DNA of 61,289 nt, counting the filler. It is 4 parts of 4 records of this genome, joined end to end, with 100 filler letters (N's around TTAATTAATTAA, not from the genome) between each part and the next. Parts side by side here need not be neighbours in the genome. Positions count along the whole stretch, not along the records: positions 1 to 28,183 come from SRR20825010_321; 3 more parts are not named here. The stretch is one strand, 5' to 3'. The translations under genes were made by a program, and so were the position numbers. Every line of letters starts with the position of its first letter. Positions within the stretch are counted from its first letter, which is position 1. This document shows positions 1 through 11,311 of the stretch, one piece after another. Under the pieces are notes generated by a model that saw only the letters and a list, made by a program, of their open reading frames with translations, ran no database searches and had not been told where the DNA came from.

Positions 1-1
1 C

Positions 2-853
2 GATGTCGGCATTGCCGAACAGCACGCGGTCACATTCGCCGCCGGCCTTGCCACAGAAGGCTTCAAACCCTTCTGCGCCATCTATTCCACATTCTTGCAG
101 CGCGCCTACGATCAGGTCGTGCATGACGTGGCGATCCAGCGTCTGCCAGTGCGCTTTGCTATCGACCGCGCAGGCCTTGTCGGTGCTGATGGCCCCACAC
201 ATGCGGGTTCCTTCGACATTGCCTATCTTGCCTGCCTGCCGGACTTTGTTGTCATGGCCGCGGCAGACGAGGCCGAGCTGAAACATATGGTGGCGACATC
301 TGTTGCCATTGATGACCGGCCGTCTGCTCTGCGCTATCCGCGTGGCGAAGGTGTCGGCATCGAAATGCCTGCCATCGGCACGCCGCTCGAAATCGGCAAA
401 GGCCGCATCATCCGCGAAGGTTCCAAGGTTGCGATCCTCTCGCTGGGCACACGTTTGGCCGAAGCTGTCAAAGCCGCCGAGCAGCTTGGCGCATTGGGCC
501 TTTCAACCACGGTGGCCGACGCACGTTTTGCAAAACCTCTCGACGAAGACCTCATCACGCGCCTTGCCCGCGAGCATGAAGTGTTGCTCATAGCCGAAGA
601 AGGCTCAATTGGTGGTTTCTCGTCTCATGTTCTCGAGTTTCTGGCCCGCTCCGGTGCGTTGGATCGCGGCTTGAAAGTGCGCCCGCTGCACCTGCCGGAT
701 ATTTTCATCGACCACGACAAGCCGGAGAAGATGTACGAGCTTGCCGGTCTCTCCACCTCTTCAATGGTCGAGACAGCACTTGCCGCGCTGGGCATGCAGA
801 GCGAGCTGGCAGACTTCACAGCCGGTCGCGCCACCGCGCCCAAACTCGTCTGA
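2..853 (+). CDS. dxs: 1-deoxy-D-xylulose-5-phosphate synthase, 5'-truncated
   Basis: Frame open from base 2 ([10 protein letters not shown]); motifs [37 protein letters not shown]; followed by tlyA as usual. Confidence 0.97.
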   Translation, partial: DVGIAEQHAVTFAAGLATEGFKPFCAIYSTFLQRAYDQVVHDVAIQRLPVRFAIDRAGLVGADGPTHAGSFDIAYLACLPDFVVMAAADEAELKHMVATSVAIDDRPSALRYPRGEGVGIEMPAIGTPLEIGKGRIIREGSKVAILSLGTRLAEAVKAAEQLGALGLSTTVADARFAKPLDEDLITRLAREHEVLLIAEEGSIGGFSSHVLEFLARSGALDRGLKVRPLHLPDIFIDHDKPEKMYELAGLSTSSMVETALAALGMQSELADFTAGRATAPKLV

Positions 854-861
854 CAGGTTTC

Positions 862-1626
862 ATGTCCGCCCCGCGCCAGCGCCTCGATCACGCATTGGTC
901 GAACGCGGCCTCATGCCGACCCGCGCCCGCGCACAATCGGCTATCCGCTCTGGAGATGTGTCTGTGGCAGGCGAGGTGGTGTCAAAGCCCGCCCGCATGG
1001 TCGGTGGCGATGATCTGATCGAGTTAAGTTCATCCGTACAGAGATATGTGTCCCGCGCTGCACTCAAACTCGTCCATGCGCTGGATCATTTCAATATCGA
1101 TGTGCGGGATAAGTTTTGTCTCGATTTGGGGGCCTCCACAGGCGGTTTCGTGGAGGTGTTGCTTGAGCGCCACGCGGCTCACGTCATCGCAATTGATGTG
1201 GGGCACGGCCAACTTGTCCCCACTTTGGCGAATAATCCCCGTGTCACATCTTATGAGGGGCTGAACGCGAAGGACATAGAGCCAGAACACCTGGGGACAA
1301 AGCTCGATATTGTCACCTGCGATGTCAGCTTCATCTCGCTTGAAAAAGCAACAAGCCATTTGCTCGATCTCATGCTGGAAACGATCGATCTCGTGCAGGA
1401 AAATGCTCACTTGATCCTTCTGATTAAGCCCCAATTTGAAGTGGGTAAGGCCAATCTGGGCAAAGGCGGCATTGTACGAGACGCTGCATTACATGCCCGA
1501 ACATGCGATAACTTGTCCTCATGGCTCCGGAATCGGGGAGACTGGGAAGTTTTCGACATTATCGAAAGTCCGATCCTCGGCGGCGACGGAAACAAAGAGT
1601 TTCTGATGGTCGCCGTCAAGAAATAG
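862..1626 (+). CDS. tlyA: TlyA family rRNA 2'-O-methyltransferase (S4 + FtsJ-like)
   Basis: RLDHALVERGL S4 start, YVSRAALKL, DLGASTGGF, DVGHGQL, DVSFISL, KPQFE, SPILGGDGNKEFL. Confidence 0.95.
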   Translation: MSAPRQRLDHALVERGLMPTRARAQSAIRSGDVSVAGEVVSKPARMVGGDDLIELSSSVQRYVSRAALKLVHALDHFNIDVRDKFCLDLGASTGGFVEVLLERHAAHVIAIDVGHGQLVPTLANNPRVTSYEGLNAKDIEPEHLGTKLDIVTCDVSFISLEKATSHLLDLMLETIDLVQENAHLILLIKPQFEVGKANLGKGGIVRDAALHARTCDNLSSWLRNRGDWEVFDIIESPILGGDGNKEFLMVAVKK

Positions 1627-1692
1627 TCCGTTCAGTCCTCTCGTGTTGGAAGAGGGCAGGCAGCGGGGTTCCTCCTTAAAGTAACGAATTGA

Positions 1693-2958
1693 ATGTCAGA
1701 AAATCTGCCTAAAGACGAAATTGAAACCACCATTACATCGCTCGGTCATCTCGGTGACGGTGTGGCCGAAGTTGATGGCGCGTCTCTTTTCGTGCCTCGC
1801 ACACTTGCCGGAGAACGTGTCGTCATCCGTCCGACAGATGATGGCCGCGCCGATCTTGTGCGTATCATCGAACCGTCATCCACACGCGTCAAAGCGCCTT
1901 GTCGTCACTTCGGACAATGCGGTGGTTGCTCGCTCCAGCACGTCGCGCCCGACACCTATTCCGCATGGAAGCGCGAACAGGTTTCCATCGCATTGAAAAC
2001 CCGTGGCATCGAAGTGGAAGTCGATCCGCTTGTCACTTCCGCACCGCGCACGCGCCGCCGCGCAACTTTCGCGGCCACCCGCACCAAGAAAGGTGTAACG
2101 CTCGGCTATTACGCACGCGCCACACACACCATCATATCCGCGCAGGAATGTCCGCTCATCGTTCCTGAAATAGAGGAACGTCTTGAGGCGTTAGCCGAAG
2201 TTGTGGCCACTGGCCTTACGCGCAAAGGCCGTGCGTCGCTTTCCGTCACCGCCACAGAGACCGGTCTCGACGTGTCAGTCACAGGCGGCAAGGAAAATCC
2301 CGACGGTCCGCTTCGATCCGATCTTGCCCGTCGTGCCACCGCCGCCGATCTTGCGCGCCTCACATGGGATAGCGACATTCTCTCCGAACGCCGGGCGCCA
2401 ACTGTCACTCTCTCAGGCCTGCGCGTCATGCTGCCGCCTGGTGCGTTCCTTCAGGCAACAAAGCAAGGCGAAGAAACTCTTGTTGCACTTGTGCTGGAAG
2501 CGGTGGGCGATGCGCGCAATGTCATCGATCTCTTCGCCGGTTGCGGAACATTCACAGCAGCCCTTGCCGCCAAATCTTTTGTGTTGGGCATCGAAAGCGA
2601 AGCCAAATCACTTGCCGCAATCGATCGCGCGATCCGCGAACAAGGTCCGGCATTGAAGCTAAAGCCTGTTGAACTCGTCGGACGTGATCTCTTTCGTCGC
2701 CCGCTCCATATGTCGGAATTGTTGAAGACCGATGTCGTCGTCTTCGACCCGCCGCGCGCCGGTGCTGCCGCGCAAGTCGAAATGTTGGCGCAATCATCGG
2801 TGCCCGTGATTGTAGGTGTTTCTTGTAACCCCGCCACCTTCGCGCGCGACGCGCGTGTGCTTATCGACGGCGGCTATCGTTTGAAACGCGTAACACCCGT
2901 TGATCAATTCCTCTGGTCGCCCCATATCGAATTGGTTGGAACCTTCGTCAAGGAGTGA
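1693..2958 (+). CDS. rlmD: 23S rRNA m5U methyltransferase, RlmD/RumA family
   Basis: TRAM-like N-terminus, Fe-S motif CRHFGQCGGC, DLFAGCGTF, DPPRAG, VSCNPATFARD, VDQFLWSPHIE. Confidence 0.88.
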   Translation: MSENLPKDEIETTITSLGHLGDGVAEVDGASLFVPRTLAGERVVIRPTDDGRADLVRIIEPSSTRVKAPCRHFGQCGGCSLQHVAPDTYSAWKREQVSIALKTRGIEVEVDPLVTSAPRTRRRATFAATRTKKGVTLGYYARATHTIISAQECPLIVPEIEERLEALAEVVATGLTRKGRASLSVTATETGLDVSVTGGKENPDGPLRSDLARRATAADLARLTWDSDILSERRAPTVTLSGLRVMLPPGAFLQATKQGEETLVALVLEAVGDARNVIDLFAGCGTFTAALAAKSFVLGIESEAKSLAAIDRAIREQGPALKLKPVELVGRDLFRRPLHMSELLKTDVVVFDPPRAGAAAQVEMLAQSSVPVIVGVSCNPATFARDARVLIDGGYRLKRVTPVDQFLWSPHIELVGTFVKE

Positions 2959-4007
2959 AATCTCTCATGGCTCGTCCGCTTTCAAGGATCGGATACAGGC
3001 TCGGACAGGGCGCGCGTGTCGCGTGGTACGCCAGTCATTATCTCGCGCTCAATCGCATGCGCGGTCCCTTGGTGCCGGAAGGCGAGGCGCGTCCCAAGAT
3101 CAAGGGCAGGGTGCCCAAATGGCAAGGCGTTGTCGCGCAGATGCGCGCCCTGTTCGAACGTGACTGGTCCAATATCGAAGCTGGTTTTTATCGCGCACCC
3201 GCCGGTTTGGTTGCACCATCTGATGCCGTTGCCGCAAGTCTTCGTTTTTTCAAAGACGCCCGCAAAGTGGATGAACGCCGCCTGTCGCGCCGTCATTCCG
3301 AAGTGTTGAGTGAGGATCTGCGTGACCGTTTCCCGCGCTATTATCTCCAGAATTTCCACTACCAAACAGACGGCTGGCTTTCTGAAAATTCCGCCAAACT
3401 ATATGATACGCAGGTCGAAGTTCTCTTCGCTGGAACAGCAGGCGCCATGCGCCGACAGGCGCTTGTGCCTTTGTCTCGAGTCCTGAAGGGGCGCGATCAA
3501 CGCAAACTCTCCATGCTGGAAGTTGCATGCGGCACAGGCGGTTTTGCTTCCGACGTTTTGGACAACTATCCGAAACTCAACGTCACCGCCTTCGATCTCT
3601 CACCGGCCTATGTCGCAGAAGCAAAAGCCCGTCTTCGTTCGCGCCGAAATCTATCAATAGTCGAAGGTAATGCCGAGGCTATGCCTGTTGCCGACGCCAG
3701 TCAGGATGTAATCGTCTGCATCTATCTCTTTCACGAGTTGCCGCCCAAGGTGCGCAAGTCTGTTGCCGCAGAGATGGCGCGCGTGTTGAAGCCTGGTGGC
3801 ACTGCCATCATTCTCGACGCTTTGCAGACAGGTGACACGCCCGACTTCGATGGTTTGCTCGAAGTTTTTCCCATCGGCTTCCACGAACCCTATTTCACAT
3901 CCTATCTGGCGGAAGATTTTGCTGAGCTGTTCGGCCAAGAAGGGTTCGTTCAGACAAGTGCTACACCTGCTTTTCTTTCAAAAACAATGGTCTTTGAAAA
4001 GCTCTAG
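2955..4007 (+). CDS. Class I SAM-dependent methyltransferase
   Basis: [11 protein letters not shown] motif, [28 protein letters not shown]; alternative ATG start at 2967. Confidence 0.88.
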   Translation: MKSLMARPLSRIGYRLGQGARVAWYASHYLALNRMRGPLVPEGEARPKIKGRVPKWQGVVAQMRALFERDWSNIEAGFYRAPAGLVAPSDAVAASLRFFKDARKVDERRLSRRHSEVLSEDLRDRFPRYYLQNFHYQTDGWLSENSAKLYDTQVEVLFAGTAGAMRRQALVPLSRVLKGRDQRKLSMLEVACGTGGFASDVLDNYPKLNVTAFDLSPAYVAEAKARLRSRRNLSIVEGNAEAMPVADASQDVIVCIYLFHELPPKVRKSVAAEMARVLKPGGTAIILDALQTGDTPDFDGLLEVFPIGFHEPYFTSYLAEDFAELFGQEGFVQTSATPAFLSKTMVFEKL

Positions 4008-5089
4008 CCGACCTGACCGCGATGGCGCAGGAAGTGGTCTGCCAATACGCAAGCCATCATGGCTTCGCCCACGGGCACCGCGCGAATACCGACACAAGGA
4101 TCATGGCGGCCTTTGGTCAGAATTTCAGTGTCTTCGCCCGCTTTGTTGACGGTTGCCCTAGGCGCGAGGATTGACGAAGTCGGCTTCACGGCAAAGCGCG
4201 CGACAATATCCTGTCCTGTCGAGATGCCACCGAGAATGCCGCCTGCATGATTTGACGTAAAATTAGGCCCGTCATTTCCGGCCCGCATTTCATCAGCATT
4301 CTCTTCGCCGCTCAACGCGGCCGCTGCAAACCCGTCACCGATTTCGACGCCCTTAACCGCATTGATGCTCATCATGGCTGCGGCAATGTCAGTGTCGAGC
4401 TTGCCATAGATCGGTGCACCAAGACCCACTGGCACGCCGGAGGCAACAATCTCGATGACCGCGCCACAGGATGACCCTGCCTTGCGCACGCCGTCCAGAT
4501 AGTCTTCCCAAAGCTTTGCGGCTTCAGCATCAGGGCACCAGAACGGGTTGTTGCCCGTTTCGTCCCAGTTCCAGTTTTCGCGATTAATCTTGTGCGGACC
4601 CATCTGTACCAACGCGCCACGGATTGTGACAGCTGGCAGCACTTTGCGCGCAATGCCGCCGGCAGCGACGCGGGCCGCCGTTTCGCGCGCAGACGAGCGC
4701 CCGCCACCGCGATAATCGCGAATGCCGTATTTGGTGAGGTAGGTATAGTCAGCGTGGCCGGGGCGGAATTTTTCTTTGATGTCGCCATAGTCTTTCGAGC
4801 GTTGATCGACATTCTCGATCATCAGCGAAATCGGTGTGCCGGTCGTGACTTCAAGTCCGCTCTTTTCGTCGATGAACGTGCCCGAGAGAATTTTCACCTC
4901 GTCCGGCTCACGGCGTTGCGTAGTGAAGCGCGACTGACCGGGCTTGCGCATGTCGAGCCAATGTTGGATATCCGATGCGGTGATCGGCAGCATCGGCGGT
5001 GTGCCATCGATCACGCAGCCGAGCGCAGGCCCGTGGCTTTCGCCCCAGGTTGTCACGCGGAAGAGGTGGCCGAATGTATTGTGTGACAT
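4004..5089 (-). CDS. aroC: Chorismate synthase
   Basis: [39 protein letters not shown] signatures. Confidence 0.98.
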   Translation of the reverse strand: MSHNTFGHLFRVTTWGESHGPALGCVIDGTPPMLPITASDIQHWLDMRKPGQSRFTTQRREPDEVKILSGTFIDEKSGLEVTTGTPISLMIENVDQRSKDYGDIKEKFRPGHADYTYLTKYGIRDYRGGGRSSARETAARVAAGGIARKVLPAVTIRGALVQMGPHKINRENWNWDETGNNPFWCPDAEAAKLWEDYLDGVRKAGSSCGAVIEIVASGVPVGLGAPIYGKLDTDIAAAMMSINAVKGVEIGDGFAAAALSGEENADEMRAGNDGPNFTSNHAGGILGGISTGQDIVARFAVKPTSSILAPRATVNKAGEDTEILTKGRHDPCVGIRAVPVGEAMMACVLADHFLRHRGQVG

Positions 5090-5093
5090 GAGC

Positions 5094-5933
5094 TCAGACG
5101 ATGCTCATGTCGGGCGCATCTTCGGCCTTCATGCCGACAACATGATAGCCGGCATCCACATGATGCACTTCGCCGGTCACACCCGAGCCGAGATCGGAAA
5201 GAAGATAGAGCGATGTATTTCCTACCTCCTCGATTGTCACGGTACGTTTCAGTGGCGCGTTGAGTTCGTTCCACTTCAGGATATAGCGGAAGTCACCGAT
5301 GCCCGATGCCGCAAGTGTCTTGATCGGACCGGCAGATACTGCGTTCACGCGGATCTTGTTGCGCCCCAGATCAACCGCGAGATAACGCACACTGGCTTCC
5401 AGCGCGGCTTTGGCAACGCCCATGACGTTGTAATGCGGGATCACTTTTTCCGCGCCATAATAGGTGAGGGTGACAATCGAGCCGCCATCGGTCATCAGCT
5501 TCTCGGCGCGCTGGCAAAGCGCGACAAACGAGTAGCAGGAGATCGCCATGCTGGCCGTGAAATTGTTGAGGGATGTATCGACATAACGACCGGTCAGTTC
5601 ATCCTTGTTGGAATAGGCAATGGCATGCACGAAGAAATCGAGCTTGCCCCATTTGGCTTCCAGTTCCGCAAAGACCGCATCCATGCTCGCAGCATCTGTG
5701 ACGTCGCAAGGCAGGATCATGGTCGAGCCGATAGACTCGGCAAGCGGAGTCACACGTTTCTGCAAGGCCTCGCCCTGATATGTGAACGCAATTTCTGCAC
5801 CCTGATCTGCGCAGGCTTTGGCGATGCCCCATGCGATGGATCGATTATTGGCGACGCCCATGATCAGGCCGCGTTTGCCGGCCATAAGGCCGCCAGTGCG
5901 TGCTGGGGGGGTCTGGGTGGTGGCTTCGCTCAT
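5094..5933 (-). CDS. fabI: Enoyl-ACP reductase (NADH)
   Basis: [45 protein letters not shown]; start placed at ATG 5933. Confidence 0.96.
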   Translation of the reverse strand: MSEATTQTPPARTGGLMAGKRGLIMGVANNRSIAWGIAKACADQGAEIAFTYQGEALQKRVTPLAESIGSTMILPCDVTDAASMDAVFAELEAKWGKLDFFVHAIAYSNKDELTGRYVDTSLNNFTASMAISCYSFVALCQRAEKLMTDGGSIVTLTYYGAEKVIPHYNVMGVAKAALEASVRYLAVDLGRNKIRVNAVSAGPIKTLAASGIGDFRYILKWNELNAPLKRTVTIEEVGNTSLYLLSDLGSGVTGEVHHVDAGYHVVGMKAEDAPDMSIV

Positions 5934-6075
5934 CGCCTGCCTCATTCTTGCTTTTTGTGCCGGATTTATGCGGCGGATCAAATCGGGCGCATCCTACACA
6001 ATAGCCCTTTGTGGTCCATTAAAAAGCCACTGGCAAATTGCGGTCATTCTAATTCGTAAAAACCCGATTTTCGGC

Positions 6076-7044
6076 TCAGGACTTTGGCTTTTGCCGTGGG
6101 TCATGTGCTAGTCCGCGGCCCCAGCCGGCCACAAAATCACGCAAAAACTTGTCTGGTTCATCCGGCAGATAGAGTGCCAGCGTAACGATCTGGTCGCCGG
6201 TTCGAGCGCCATTGTCGAGTTTGATTCCCCGACCCTTGAGCCTGAGTCGCGTGCCCGTGTTGGAACCAGCGGGGACGGTCAGGCTAACAGGGCCCGAAAT
6301 TGTGTCCACTTCCAGCTTTGTACCTAGCACAGCTTCGGGCAACGAGATCGGTAATGTCAGAAGAATGTTCAGGCCGTCACGCGACATTGCGTCTTGTGGG
6401 ATGATGCTGACAGTGATCAGCGCGTCACCGGCAGGCGCGCCACCATATCCTTCGCCGCCTTGCCCTCGCAGGCGTATCTGTTGGCCTTCTTCGATGCCAG
6501 CTGGGATCCGTACATCAAGCTCACGCCCGTCGTCCAGTGTCAGCCGTTGTTTGCCGCCACGAGTAGCTTCGAGAAACGGAACTTTAAGACGATAGGACCG
6601 GTCTTCGCCGCGCGCACGGAAAACGCGTTTGCCCGCATCGCGTATGCCGCCGAAAAGGCCGCTGAAAATGTCGTCTCCACTTCCCTGATCCATTGGACCA
6701 TTGCCGGTCACATCAGGTTCGAAACCACTTGCACGACGACCACGTGTGAACGCTGCTTCCTCGAACCCGCTGGCGCGTGCCTTATGTGCATTTCGCGACC
6801 ATGCACGCATTTCGGCTTCCGCAGCATCCTCCGCATCGAACCGCGCCCGGGCAGATGTGTCTTTCAGAAGATTGTAGGCCGCAGTGACTTCCTGAAAACG
6901 GGCTTGGGCCTGCGCAGCGTTCTTTTCGCTGCCGTTTCCCTGCGCATCAGGATGATAGGTTTTGGCCAGCCGTCTATATGCCGCCTTAATGGCAGTTGCA
7001 TCGGCGTCGGGGGTCAGACCCAATACAGTATAGGGATTGCGCAA
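6076..7044 (-). CDS. DnaJ-class chaperone, CbpA-like (J domain + DnaJ C-terminal, no Zn finger)
   Basis: NPYTVLG...YHPD J domain; IRLRGQG and LRLKGRG C-terminal repeats. Confidence 0.92.
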   Translation of the reverse strand: MRNPYTVLGLTPDADATAIKAAYRRLAKTYHPDAQGNGSEKNAAQAQARFQEVTAAYNLLKDTSARARFDAEDAAEAEMRAWSRNAHKARASGFEEAAFTRGRRASGFEPDVTGNGPMDQGSGDDIFSGLFGGIRDAGKRVFRARGEDRSYRLKVPFLEATRGGKQRLTLDDGRELDVRIPAGIEEGQQIRLRGQGGEGYGGAPAGDALITVSIIPQDAMSRDGLNILLTLPISLPEAVLGTKLEVDTISGPVSLTVPAGSNTGTRLRLKGRGIKLDNGARTGDQIVTLALYLPDEPDKFLRDFVAGWGRGLAHDPRQKPKS

Positions 7045-7122
7045 AAATCAGCTCCGGCGGCATTGAAACGGATAGTTTAGACAAGCTGTCCATACCATTT
7101 GGTTAACCTTGGCAACTCCGGG

Positions 7123-7818
7123 TCAAGGCGAAGTCGGGATGTCTTCGCTTGCTGCTGCAGTACCAATTTCTTCAGGCGATGGCGGCATGCGCTCGGGGGC
7201 TTTCGGACCCTTAAGTTCCGGCACCAGAACGGCAAGGCGTTTGATCGCCAGCTTGCTTCCAGAACGTGCGGCAAGGGCGTACCAGCCAAGTGCTTTGCCT
7301 ATATCCTTTTCGACACCGTTTCCACTTTCATACATCACTGCCAGATTATATTCGGCAATAGGGCTGCCTGCGAGAGAGGCGGCGTGAAACCAGAAAGCAG
7401 CAGCTTCGGGATTCTTCGGAACGCCGTCACCGTTGAGGTGCATGAAGGCAGCATTGACCTGCGCCAACGCGAAGCCCTTGGAGCCCGCTTCTTCGTAAAA
7501 CCACAATGCGCGGGCTGGGTTCCGTGCGACGCCTCTACCGGTTCGCAATAGCAGGGCAACATTGCGCATGGCGGCAAGGTCGGATTGTTGAGCAAGCGGC
7601 AGCCAGATATTGAAGGCAGTTTCGAAATCGCCTTTATCATAGGCTGCAACCCCTTGGCGGAAACGTTCGCTGGGCGGCGGCAATTCGACTTCATGCGAGA
7701 GAACCTTGGCCGGAGCCGCTGCCGCCATGTCGAGGCCGATAGGCATAAACATGACGACAGCAGTCAGCATCAGTGAACGCCACGTTGCAGTAGCGATGGC
7801 AATCATTTTGAGAAGCAT
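7123..7818 (-). CDS. Secreted Sel1-repeat protein
   Basis: N-terminal hydrophobic segment; Sel1 repeats such as AEYNLAVMYESGNGVEKDIGKALGWY. Confidence 0.88.
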   Translation of the reverse strand: MLLKMIAIATATWRSLMLTAVVMFMPIGLDMAAAAPAKVLSHEVELPPPSERFRQGVAAYDKGDFETAFNIWLPLAQQSDLAAMRNVALLLRTGRGVARNPARALWFYEEAGSKGFALAQVNAAFMHLNGDGVPKNPEAAAFWFHAASLAGSPIAEYNLAVMYESGNGVEKDIGKALGWYALAARSGSKLAIKRLAVLVPELKGPKAPERMPPSPEEIGTAAASEDIPTSP

Positions 7819-7901
7819 GTCGCAGCCAATTTCTTTTCCATATCCGGATTCGAAGTGGAGAGACTAGGGCCTTCGCTCAAATGATGCCAGCTGTCGAATA
7901 T

Positions 7902-8375
7902 TTAGCCGTTGACAATTTGCCAAGAGCCGTCCGGCTGGCGGCAGGCTGTGCCGTAAGCACGTTCGCTTTTGCCACCCACGACAATGTTCTGGGAATACTC
8001 GCGGCAATAGGTGTTGTCACGCTGATAGGCCTGCTGGGGCACGACCGTGCCGTAATTGCCGCTATCAGGGTTGCGCCACTCGACTGGCTGACCGGCACGC
8101 CCCGATTCCAATGCTGTCTGGGTGCTGCGTGTAAGATAGGCCTGATCAGCCCGGTCAAGCGACTGGCCGATAGAGCTGCCAAGCAGCGAGCCGAGGAGCA
8201 CGCCTGCACCTGTTGCCCAGAGGCGCCCGGAGCCACCGCCAATCGACTGTCCGGCAAGGCCGCCTGCAATAGCGCCGCCCAAAGTGCCGATATTCTGTTT
8301 CGGTCCGGCACCCTGCTGGCAAGCTGCAAGGGAAACCGCCATGGCGCCAATCATCAATCCATTTAGGAGTTTCAT
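7902..8375 (-). CDS. 17-kDa surface antigen-like lipoprotein (RT0821/Lpp0805 family, glycine zipper)
   Basis: Lipobox LAAC, glycine zipper, [14 protein letters not shown]...[11 protein letters not shown]. Confidence 0.9.
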   Translation of the reverse strand: MKLLNGLMIGAMAVSLAACQQGAGPKQNIGTLGGAIAGGLAGQSIGGGSGRLWATGAGVLLGSLLGSSIGQSLDRADQAYLTRSTQTALESGRAGQPVEWRNPDSGNYGTVVPQQAYQRDNTYCREYSQNIVVGGKSERAYGTACRQPDGSWQIVNG

Positions 8376-8538
8376 GTTCCATTCCTGTTCCACTGGTCCT
8401 GTCAGTCTTAAAGAGCAAACTGACGGGACAAATTCTTAAAGCATGCCTATATATGACGGTGAATATGGCGGGAAATAAGGCAGAAGCTAAGACCTTGTTC
8501 CGGCTGCAAGAGTTTGCATAACTGAAGGAGTCCGGATT

Positions 8539-9171
8539 TTGAGCGCGCGGAACAAGACGCCAGAGCCAGATACACCGACATGGATCGAAGCACGCGATCC
8601 TATGAAGCTGTTTCATGAATGGATGGAGGACGCGACAAAATCGGAAATCAACGATCCGACTGGTATGGCGCTGGCGACGGCAGATGCTAATGGATTTCCT
8701 GATGTTCGCATGGTTTTGTTGAAGGGCGCAGACGAGCAGGGTTTTGTTTTTTACACAAATTATGAAAGTGCCAAGGGCGAGGAGCTTGCTGCCAATCCTA
8801 AGGCTGCGCTCTGCTTTCATTGGAAATCGCTGCGACGTCAGATACGTGTACGTGGGATCGTGACGCAGACCAGCTCTGAAGAAGCGGATGAGTATTTTGC
8901 CTCTCGGCCGCGCGATAGCCAGATCGGCGCATGGGCTTCGCGCCAGTCGCGTCCGCTGGAAAGCCGCTTTGAGTTCGAACGCGAGATTGCACGCTATGCG
9001 GCAAAGTTCGGTGTTTCCAAAGTGCCGCGCCCCCCGCACTGGTCGGGGTTCCGGATTGCGCCTTTGCAAATCGAATTCTGGCGTGACCGCCCGTTTCGTC
9101 TGCATGATCGGCTTGTCTTTTCCAGAGCTACATCGGATGCGGGATGGACCACCCAGAAGCTCTTTCCATGA
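8539..9171 (+). CDS. pdxH: Pyridoxamine 5'-phosphate oxidase
   Basis: [40 protein letters not shown]. Confidence 0.97.
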   Translation: MSARNKTPEPDTPTWIEARDPMKLFHEWMEDATKSEINDPTGMALATADANGFPDVRMVLLKGADEQGFVFYTNYESAKGEELAANPKAALCFHWKSLRRQIRVRGIVTQTSSEEADEYFASRPRDSQIGAWASRQSRPLESRFEFEREIARYAAKFGVSKVPRPPHWSGFRIAPLQIEFWRDRPFRLHDRLVFSRATSDAGWTTQKLFP

Positions 9172-10091
9172 CCAGCAAAATCAAGCTGGTGAATGCCGAA
9201 GTAAATGCAAAGCTGATGCGGCAGGCCACCTATGCCGCGGTGCTGGTGGCCATCACGCTGATCGTTATGAAATCGGTGGCATTCTACCTGACCGGCTCTG
9301 TCGCCATGATGGGTACTTTGGCCGACTCCGTGCTAGACGGCGCGGCCTCTTTGCTCAACCTATTCGCGGTAAGATTTTCTCTGACGCCCGCAGATAGTGA
9401 GCACCGCTTTGGTCATGGCAAAGCGGAAGCGCTGGCAGGTCTAGGACAAGCGATTTTTATCTGTGTTTCGGCATGCTTCATTGCATGGGAGGCATTGCAC
9501 CAACTGCTAGAGCCAAAGCCACTCGACAATTCATTGCCGGGCATCGTGGTGACAGGCTTGGCGATTGGACTGACATTGGCACTTGTCGCCTTCCAGCGGC
9601 ATGTTGTTGCCCGAACTGGCTCTTTAGCAATTGCAGCTGACTCAACGCATTATCGTGGCGACTTGCTAATGAACTTGTCGGCCTTGCTTGCGATATTCCT
9701 AGCGGGGGTTATGGGCCTTCAATGGGCAGACGCGGTAGGCGGGCTTCTTATTGCTGCTTTGATCGCCTTTAGCGCCATCCAGATCGCGATGGCATCCTAT
9801 GACCAGTTGATGGACCGCGAGTTGAGCGATGACGAACGCGAACGCATTGCGGAGATTGCCAAAAGCCATCCCGAAGTTGTGGATATTCATGATTTAAGGA
9901 CGAGGGCTGCAGGTACACGGACATTCATTCAGTTCCACCTAGAAATGGACGGGCGCATAACGCTTACAAAAGCGCATCTAATTTCGGATGACGTGGAAGC
10001 CCGTGTCTTGGAAGCATTTCCTGATGCGGAAGTGATTATCCATCAGGACCCTGCCGGACTGGAAGAGGTGCCGGAAGCGGTGCGTATATGA
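9168..10091 (+). CDS. fieF: Cation diffusion facilitator, FieF/YiiP-like
   Basis: [43 protein letters not shown] overlap with pdxH. Confidence 0.88.
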   Translation: MTSKIKLVNAEVNAKLMRQATYAAVLVAITLIVMKSVAFYLTGSVAMMGTLADSVLDGAASLLNLFAVRFSLTPADSEHRFGHGKAEALAGLGQAIFICVSACFIAWEALHQLLEPKPLDNSLPGIVVTGLAIGLTLALVAFQRHVVARTGSLAIAADSTHYRGDLLMNLSALLAIFLAGVMGLQWADAVGGLLIAALIAFSAIQIAMASYDQLMDRELSDDERERIAEIAKSHPEVVDIHDLRTRAAGTRTFIQFHLEMDGRITLTKAHLISDDVEARVLEAFPDAEVIIHQDPAGLEEVPEAVRI

Positions 10092-10121
10092 TCATAGCGT
10101 CTCTCAACTCTTTGCCCTAGA

Positions 10122-10886
10122 TTGCCCCATATGAACACTCCACCCAATGAAGATCGTAAGACCCTGATACTGACCGGCGCTAGCCGGGGTATCGGGCATG
10201 CTACTGTAAAACGCTTTTCGAGCGCGGGATGGCGTGTCATCACCTGCTCGCGTCATCCGTTTCCCGAGGATTGCCCTTGGGAGGCTGGCCCTGAAGATCA
10301 TATTCAGGTTGATCTTTCGGACCCTGAAAACACGCTTCTTGCCATTGCCGAAATGCGTGAACGTTTGAAGGCGCAGGGCAGTCGTCTCAATGCGCTGGTC
10401 AATAATGCCGCGATCTCACCCAAAGGTGAGGGCGGTTCGCGCCTTGGCGTCTTCGAGACAAAGCTCGACACATGGCAGAAGGTTTTTCAGGTGAATTTTC
10501 TTGCGCCTGCCATGCTGGCGCGCGGTCTTGTAGAAGAACTGAAACTGGCGCAAGGCTCGGTCGTCAACGTTACATCGATTGCCGGTGATCGGGTGCATCC
10601 CTTTGCTGGTTCGGCCTATGCCACCTCCAAGGCGGCGCTCGCTGCCCTCACACGCGAAATGGCATCGGACTTCGGTCGTCTCGGTATCCGTGTCAACGCC
10701 ATTGCGCCCGGCGAAATTGACACGGCGATCCTTTCGCCTGGCACAGACAAGATTGTGGCAGAAATTCCGATGCGTCGGCTCGGTAAGCCGGAGGAAGTCG
10801 CACGTACGATATATTTTCTGTGCACGGAGCAATCAAGCTACGTCAACGGCGCCGAAATTCCGATCAATGGCGGTCAACACGTCTGA
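10122..10886 (+). CDS. SDR oxidoreductase, FixR-like
   Basis: TGASRGIG, NNAA, YATSK; CPWEAG and RVHPFAGSAY segments as in rhizobial FixR; alternative ATG at 10131. Confidence 0.9.
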   Translation: MPHMNTPPNEDRKTLILTGASRGIGHATVKRFSSAGWRVITCSRHPFPEDCPWEAGPEDHIQVDLSDPENTLLAIAEMRERLKAQGSRLNALVNNAAISPKGEGGSRLGVFETKLDTWQKVFQVNFLAPAMLARGLVEELKLAQGSVVNVTSIAGDRVHPFAGSAYATSKAALAALTREMASDFGRLGIRVNAIAPGEIDTAILSPGTDKIVAEIPMRRLGKPEEVARTIYFLCTEQSSYVNGAEIPINGGQHV

Positions 10887-10891
10887 TCTGG

Positions 10892-11311
10892 CTACTTGTT
10901 TAGAAATATAACTGCGCACTGACTGTCGCGCATTTCAGCATTCTCACTGACGGTAAAAACAGACGCGATAGTGCCGCTAGCACCTTCAAATGCACCAGTG
11001 CCATTTTCGATGCGGCACAGGACCGAGCCTTGCTGCAGTAGCGGATCGAGGCTGTCGCCGATATGGCCTTCACCTTCGCTGACGAAAGTGAGTGTACCAC
11101 CCCCAAAAACGATTTCGCCGCTTTGTCGAAACCCGCCGAAATTATCGGGCTCGACCATTGCGTGGAGAACGGCTTGTGGCGCCCCGGTCGAGAATATCTC
11201 ATCAACAGGCGAGGAGAAGGATGCGCGTGTTTCCACGCGCATCACGGAACCCATTTCGTCTTCGGGCGAAACTTTGCCTTCGAAGAGAAGCTGATAACGA
11301 ACTTCTCTCAT
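10892..11311 (-). CDS. Hypothetical beta-rich protein (dirigent/allene-oxide-cyclase/DUF3224-like motif)
   Basis: ATGA overlap with the upstream aminotransferase; motif IENGTGAFEGASG. Confidence 0.7.
   Translation of the reverse strand: MREVRYQLLFEGKVSPEDEMGSVMRVETRASFSSPVDEIFSTGAPQAVLHAMVEPDNFGGFRQSGEIVFGGGTLTFVSEGEGHIGDSLDPLLQQGSVLCRIENGTGAFEGASGTIASVFTVSENAEMRDSQCAVIFLNK

Noticed and set aside
4944..6059. 371-aa plus-strand ORF
   Set aside because: Antisense shadow of fabI/aroC with no motifs.
8155..9105. 316-aa minus-strand ORF
   Set aside because: Antisense to pdxH and out of frame with the lipoprotein gene; no protein features.
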